Of a stretch of 43,083 nt of DNA, positions 40,121 through 43,083 are shown piece by piece; the first letter of the stretch is position 1, and the number at the start of each line of letters is the position of its first letter. The position numbers and the translations under genes were made by a program. Below the pieces are notes generated by a model. The model saw only the letters and a program-made list of their open reading frames with translations, did no database searches and had not been told where the DNA came from. Source of the stretch: a virus; IMG/VR virus record IMGVR_UViG_3300037247_000567, positions 1-43,083 of that record; one strand, 5' to 3'.

Positions 40121-41933
40121 AAAGCCCACCGCCGAGTATATTGCCCGTCTAAAGACGAAGCTGATGTCGCGGTACGGGGCTCAGGACAAACTCGACCAGA
40201 GGATGCTGAACCACTACAAGCTCTCCCAGCAGAAAGAGATGGGCCAGCCGGAAGTGACCGAGGCCGAGTTTGAGCTATTGTCCGTGGACGCGGGGTTAGT
40301 CGGATTCATCGTTGACCAGGACGTGTTCGTTCTGAACGGGGAAGAGACGATAAGAGTCAATCCGTTCGGGAACCAGGACGCGGAGAAGTGGGCGTCTCAG
40401 GCCGCCGAGCCCTGGCTGGGGGCGGCGCGGAAAGCGGCGCGGCATAACGCCAAGGTTGAAGTCAAGAAACGTCAGGACTTGCGACTGTACGGGCGGGCCT
40501 GGACTACGACCCTGCCCGCACCTCAGTTGTGGGGCGGGATGGACTTCAACCAAGGCGAAGACGAGTCTAACGACGACTACAACGCTAGGGTCGAGAAGCA
40601 GAGGAGAACTCGCTTCCCAATTACGCAATCCTGGGTGAGCGCCAGGGGAACGTGGCCCGTGTTTGACGAGAACGGGGACGTGGCGGAGACGATCAAGATA
40701 CGGAAGGTAGACCCTGAGATCATCAAGAGCAAGTTCGCCGACTTCAAGCTCCCCGATTCGCCCAGCCCAATAGAAGTCATTGAATACGCGAATCACCAGT
40801 GGTTCGCCGTCACCATCCCTTCCAACAAACCGGCAGAGTCCCAGGAGCTACAGGTCTGGGATCACCACTTGGGGCGACTTCCTGATGTCTTGTTCGAGGG
40901 AGAACCCCTCCCTGAAGACCCCGACAAGCCAGGCGAGAGGTGGCGCGGCGCAGCCTACCACATCCTAAGTATGGTCGAGACGATGAACGATTTGCTATCC
41001 GACGCGAGGACGGCTTCAAGGATGGAGGTCGTGGCGGCGACGGTGATTAAACAAGACCCCGTAGAGAGGGCGGCGGCGGCGGCGGGTAAACCTGAAAAGT
41101 TGAAGATCAAGTTCTGGGACACCATTAACATCTTTAAGTCGGAGAGTGTAGAGCGGCTTCAGACTGGCGGACTGAACGATGCCATCGTTACCCTCCTAGG
41201 GTTCCTGAAACCCCTACTAGACCAGACCGCGCTTTCTCGACCTTCTCTTATAGGCTCGATTCTCTCCGGTCAATCCTCGGTGGCGCTGAACACCGCTGCT
41301 CAGAGGGCGACCTCAGAACTAAGAGTGGCGCAGCAATCATTAGAAAGTGGCGCGGAGCAAGAGTGCCAGCTACTCTTCCGGTCGGTGGTTTCTCTGTCCG
41401 AGCGGTTCCCCGACATGCCGGACGCGGTGACGGTAAGATTTTCTGACCCCCAGCACGGTTCCAGAGAGATTTCGATAGACCCCAAACCCTTACTGGACTG
41501 GGAGCCGCTAATTGCGGTTAGCATCTCTCAGAACATCCCCATTGACGAGGGGGCGAACGTCGTCAACTACGCCACCGCTGTTAAGGCGGGGGCGCTGTCG
41601 AAGCAGTCAGGCAGAGAACGGTACTTCGGCCACGAAGACCCGCTGGGTGAGGAAGACAAGATCAAGCAGGAGCAGTTGGATGATGTCCTTCACCAAGGGA
41701 CTATCCAGTTCCTCCAGCAAGAACTGTTGGCTGGAATACAGGAAGTGGGGGCGTTGACCCCAGAGCAAATAGTGGCGGGGGCGGGAGAAATGACGCCGGA
41801 GGGCGCGGAAGTCATGGCCCAGTCCTTTGACGAAGAGGGAGACGCCGAGACGGGGGCGCGAATCAGAGGCAATATGAACAAGAACAGGACATCACGGAGT
41901 CCAAACCAGCAGGCGGTGGCCCGTGGCGGGTAA
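40107..41933 (+). CDS. Portal protein
   Basis: 608 aa. 14-nt overlap with the terL 3' end. Size and position are typical, with an acidic C-terminus. No motif-level proof. Confidence 0.7.
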   Translation: MSFTKKPTAEYIARLKTKLMSRYGAQDKLDQRMLNHYKLSQQKEMGQPEVTEAEFELLSVDAGLVGFIVDQDVFVLNGEETIRVNPFGNQDAEKWASQAAEPWLGAARKAARHNAKVEVKKRQDLRLYGRAWTTTLPAPQLWGGMDFNQGEDESNDDYNARVEKQRRTRFPITQSWVSARGTWPVFDENGDVAETIKIRKVDPEIIKSKFADFKLPDSPSPIEVIEYANHQWFAVTIPSNKPAESQELQVWDHHLGRLPDVLFEGEPLPEDPDKPGERWRGAAYHILSMVETMNDLLSDARTASRMEVVAATVIKQDPVERAAAAAGKPEKLKIKFWDTINIFKSESVERLQTGGLNDAIVTLLGFLKPLLDQTALSRPSLIGSILSGQSSVALNTAAQRATSELRVAQQSLESGAEQECQLLFRSVVSLSERFPDMPDAVTVRFSDPQHGSREISIDPKPLLDWEPLIAVSISQNIPIDEGANVVNYATAVKAGALSKQSGRERYFGHEDPLGEEDKIKQEQLDDVLHQGTIQFLQQELLAGIQEVGALTPEQIVAGAGEMTPEGAEVMAQSFDEEGDAETGARIRGNMNKNRTSRSPNQQAVARGG

Positions 41934-42243
41934 CGCTATAAAAAGGCTGGACGCCAACACCAAGGCAGCGCTCCAGAGGAGCGTGGCTCGCTTCAAGGAT
42001 TCTCTGCGGGGCGAGTATGACAGGATGTTCGCGTCTCAACCCATCTCGCTAGAGGACAGGGGGAAAGAGTACCTGACGATAGCCGGAGACCCTGTGGCCC
42101 TGAAATCGTGGCTGGATTCCCAGGCTGCGATACATGGTATACCCATCGCTCGCACCCTGTTCAAACAGTTCGAGGCAGACGGCGAGAAGTTTGTGGACAA
42201 GCTAGTCAGCAACGCCAAGGACGTAACTGGTGGTACTGTTTAA
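41923..42243 (+). CDS. Hypothetical head-module protein (106 aa)
   Basis: GTG start overlaps the portal 3' end by 11 nt. Confidence 0.6.
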   Translation: MAGNAIKRLDANTKAALQRSVARFKDSLRGEYDRMFASQPISLEDRGKEYLTIAGDPVALKSWLDSQAAIHGIPIARTLFKQFEADGEKFVDKLVSNAKDVTGGTV

Positions 42244-43083
42244 TTTCTTCCGATTCGAGCCGCCCTCGGTGCGTCAGGAGCGGATACAGGCCACCACTCT
42301 TCGCCTGACGGGCGAGATTTCACGGTTGGAGGAGGAGCAGGCCAACCTGCTTCGGTTGCGTGAGGTGGAGGCGCAGCAGAACCTTCAGTTCCCGCAGCCA
42401 GCGCCCACATCATTTGGGACGCCTACGGCGACTCCGACGCCAACCCCCCGTTCTCGTGTGGAACAGATTTTGGAGTCTGGGCGTTCCCCTCTAGGAGTAT
42501 TGGCCGAAGACGAAATCGCTCGCCAGCGTGAGAGGGGTGCTAATGTTGGTGGCCTCCTTCGCACCCTAGAAGACATTGATGCGCCGCGTCGATTTGTGAA
42601 ACGCGAGGTGATTGACCCTGTCGTGCCTGAGTTTGACTTGGGGGCGGTTCCTACGGAGACGATTGCAGCCCCGTTTCAGGAGGTAATGGCTGGCGTAGCT
42701 CGCTTGGGCGGTGTGAAGGAGGAACAGATACCTGATATCGCGGAAACGCTGGGCGAGGTCAGGATTACCTCTGAACTAGTGGAAGAGGCGACGAGTTTTG
42801 TCCTTGACCCTCTGAACATTGCGTTCTTCGCTGGCCCCATCCTTAAAGGGGCAGGCGGCGCTGCGAGAGTAGCGCAAAATATCCGCCGCACTGGCCGAGT
42901 GCCAGGGTTTGTGAAGACAGCGATGAGAACCGCGAGGTCTGAGGCTGGTGCCCCCCCATTACGTGGTGGGGAGGAAGGCGGAGGGACATTGGCGGGCATA
43001 GGGGAGGCCAAGGATTTCTTTGGGCGGCTCGTTGACCCCCTTCTGCCCCAAGGTGGTATCCCAGGCGGGTTTAAGCCTCGCCC
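42230..43083 (+). CDS. 5' part of the junction-spanning virion-associated protein of about 1,302 codons. It runs off the window end and continues at 128..3182.
   Basis: GTG 42230, 8 nt after AAGGA, overlaps the upstream gene by 14 nt. I read no stop in this frame to base 43083. The N-terminal coiled-coil segment is EISRLEEEQANLLRLREVEAQQ. Alternative in-frame ATG at 42686. The gene is absent from the ORF track because it lacks a stop within the window end. Confidence 0.75.
   Translation, partial: MVLFNFFRFEPPSVRQERIQATTLRLTGEISRLEEEQANLLRLREVEAQQNLQFPQPAPTSFGTPTATPTPTPRSRVEQILESGRSPLGVLAEDEIARQRERGANVGGLLRTLEDIDAPRRFVKREVIDPVVPEFDLGAVPTETIAAPFQEVMAGVARLGGVKEEQIPDIAETLGEVRITSELVEEATSFVLDPLNIAFFAGPILKGAGGAARVAQNIRRTGRVPGFVKTAMRTARSEAGAPPLRGGEEGGGTLAGIGEAKDFFGRLVDPLLPQGGIPGGFKPR
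42957..43083. repeat. Second copy of the 127-bp terminal overlap (identical to 1-127)
   Basis: Base-by-base comparison. Confidence 0.95.

Noticed and set aside
1-43083. CRISPR arrays, tRNA/tmRNA genes, reverse transcriptase/DGR, transposases, IS elements, inteins or introns in terL or portal
   Set aside because: I found no regularly spaced repeat-spacer array, no cloverleaf candidates, no YxDD-type RT motif, no template/variable repeat pair and no terminal inverted repeats. The terL and portal lengths and motif order look uninterrupted.

Overview
The window is one complete tailed-phage genome. Bases 1-127 are identical to 42957-43083, so the unique length is 42,956 bp, and one reading frame runs through that junction.

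Inferred layout:
- Late/structural operon on the + strand, from about 37.2 kb through the junction to 19,879. It carries small packaging-proximal genes, terL, portal, a roughly 1,302-codon junction-spanning gene that the ORF track misses, an ejection-like protein, scaffold and an HK97-like capsid gene. Next comes an unusual run of glycosyltransferase, ConA/LamG-like protein, YkgJ/FliB-type CxxCxxCC protein and zinc proteins. Three ultra-basic micro-ORFs and large tail/fibre genes finish the operon.
- A multi-hairpin terminator (19,927-20,018) followed by a near-consensus sigma70-type promoter (20,074-20,101).
- A tightly coupled + strand operon of about 45 small genes (20,112-33,070). It includes a minimal Fic enzyme coupled to a DnaJ-type zinc-finger protein, an SLT lytic transglycosylase, an MmcB-like PD-(D/E)xK nuclease, RusA, and an amidase/holin/XhlA-like lysis cassette.
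- A minus-strand island of 13 small genes (32,996-35,950) behind a TTGACA promoter. It contains a three-member paralog family and several zinc ribbons.
- A divergent HTH gene (36,064) and a 281-bp repeat-dense non-coding region (36,931-37,211) upstream of the packaging genes.

I recognised no integrase, DNA polymerase, primase, helicase, RNA polymerase, tRNA, CRISPR array, reverse transcriptase or transposase. I also recognised no tape-measure, tube or sheath genes, so a short-tailed morphology is plausible, but this is inference.

All functional calls rest on motif-level recognition by eye, gene order, RBS and start/stop coupling. No database search was run. Most small genes remain hypothetical.
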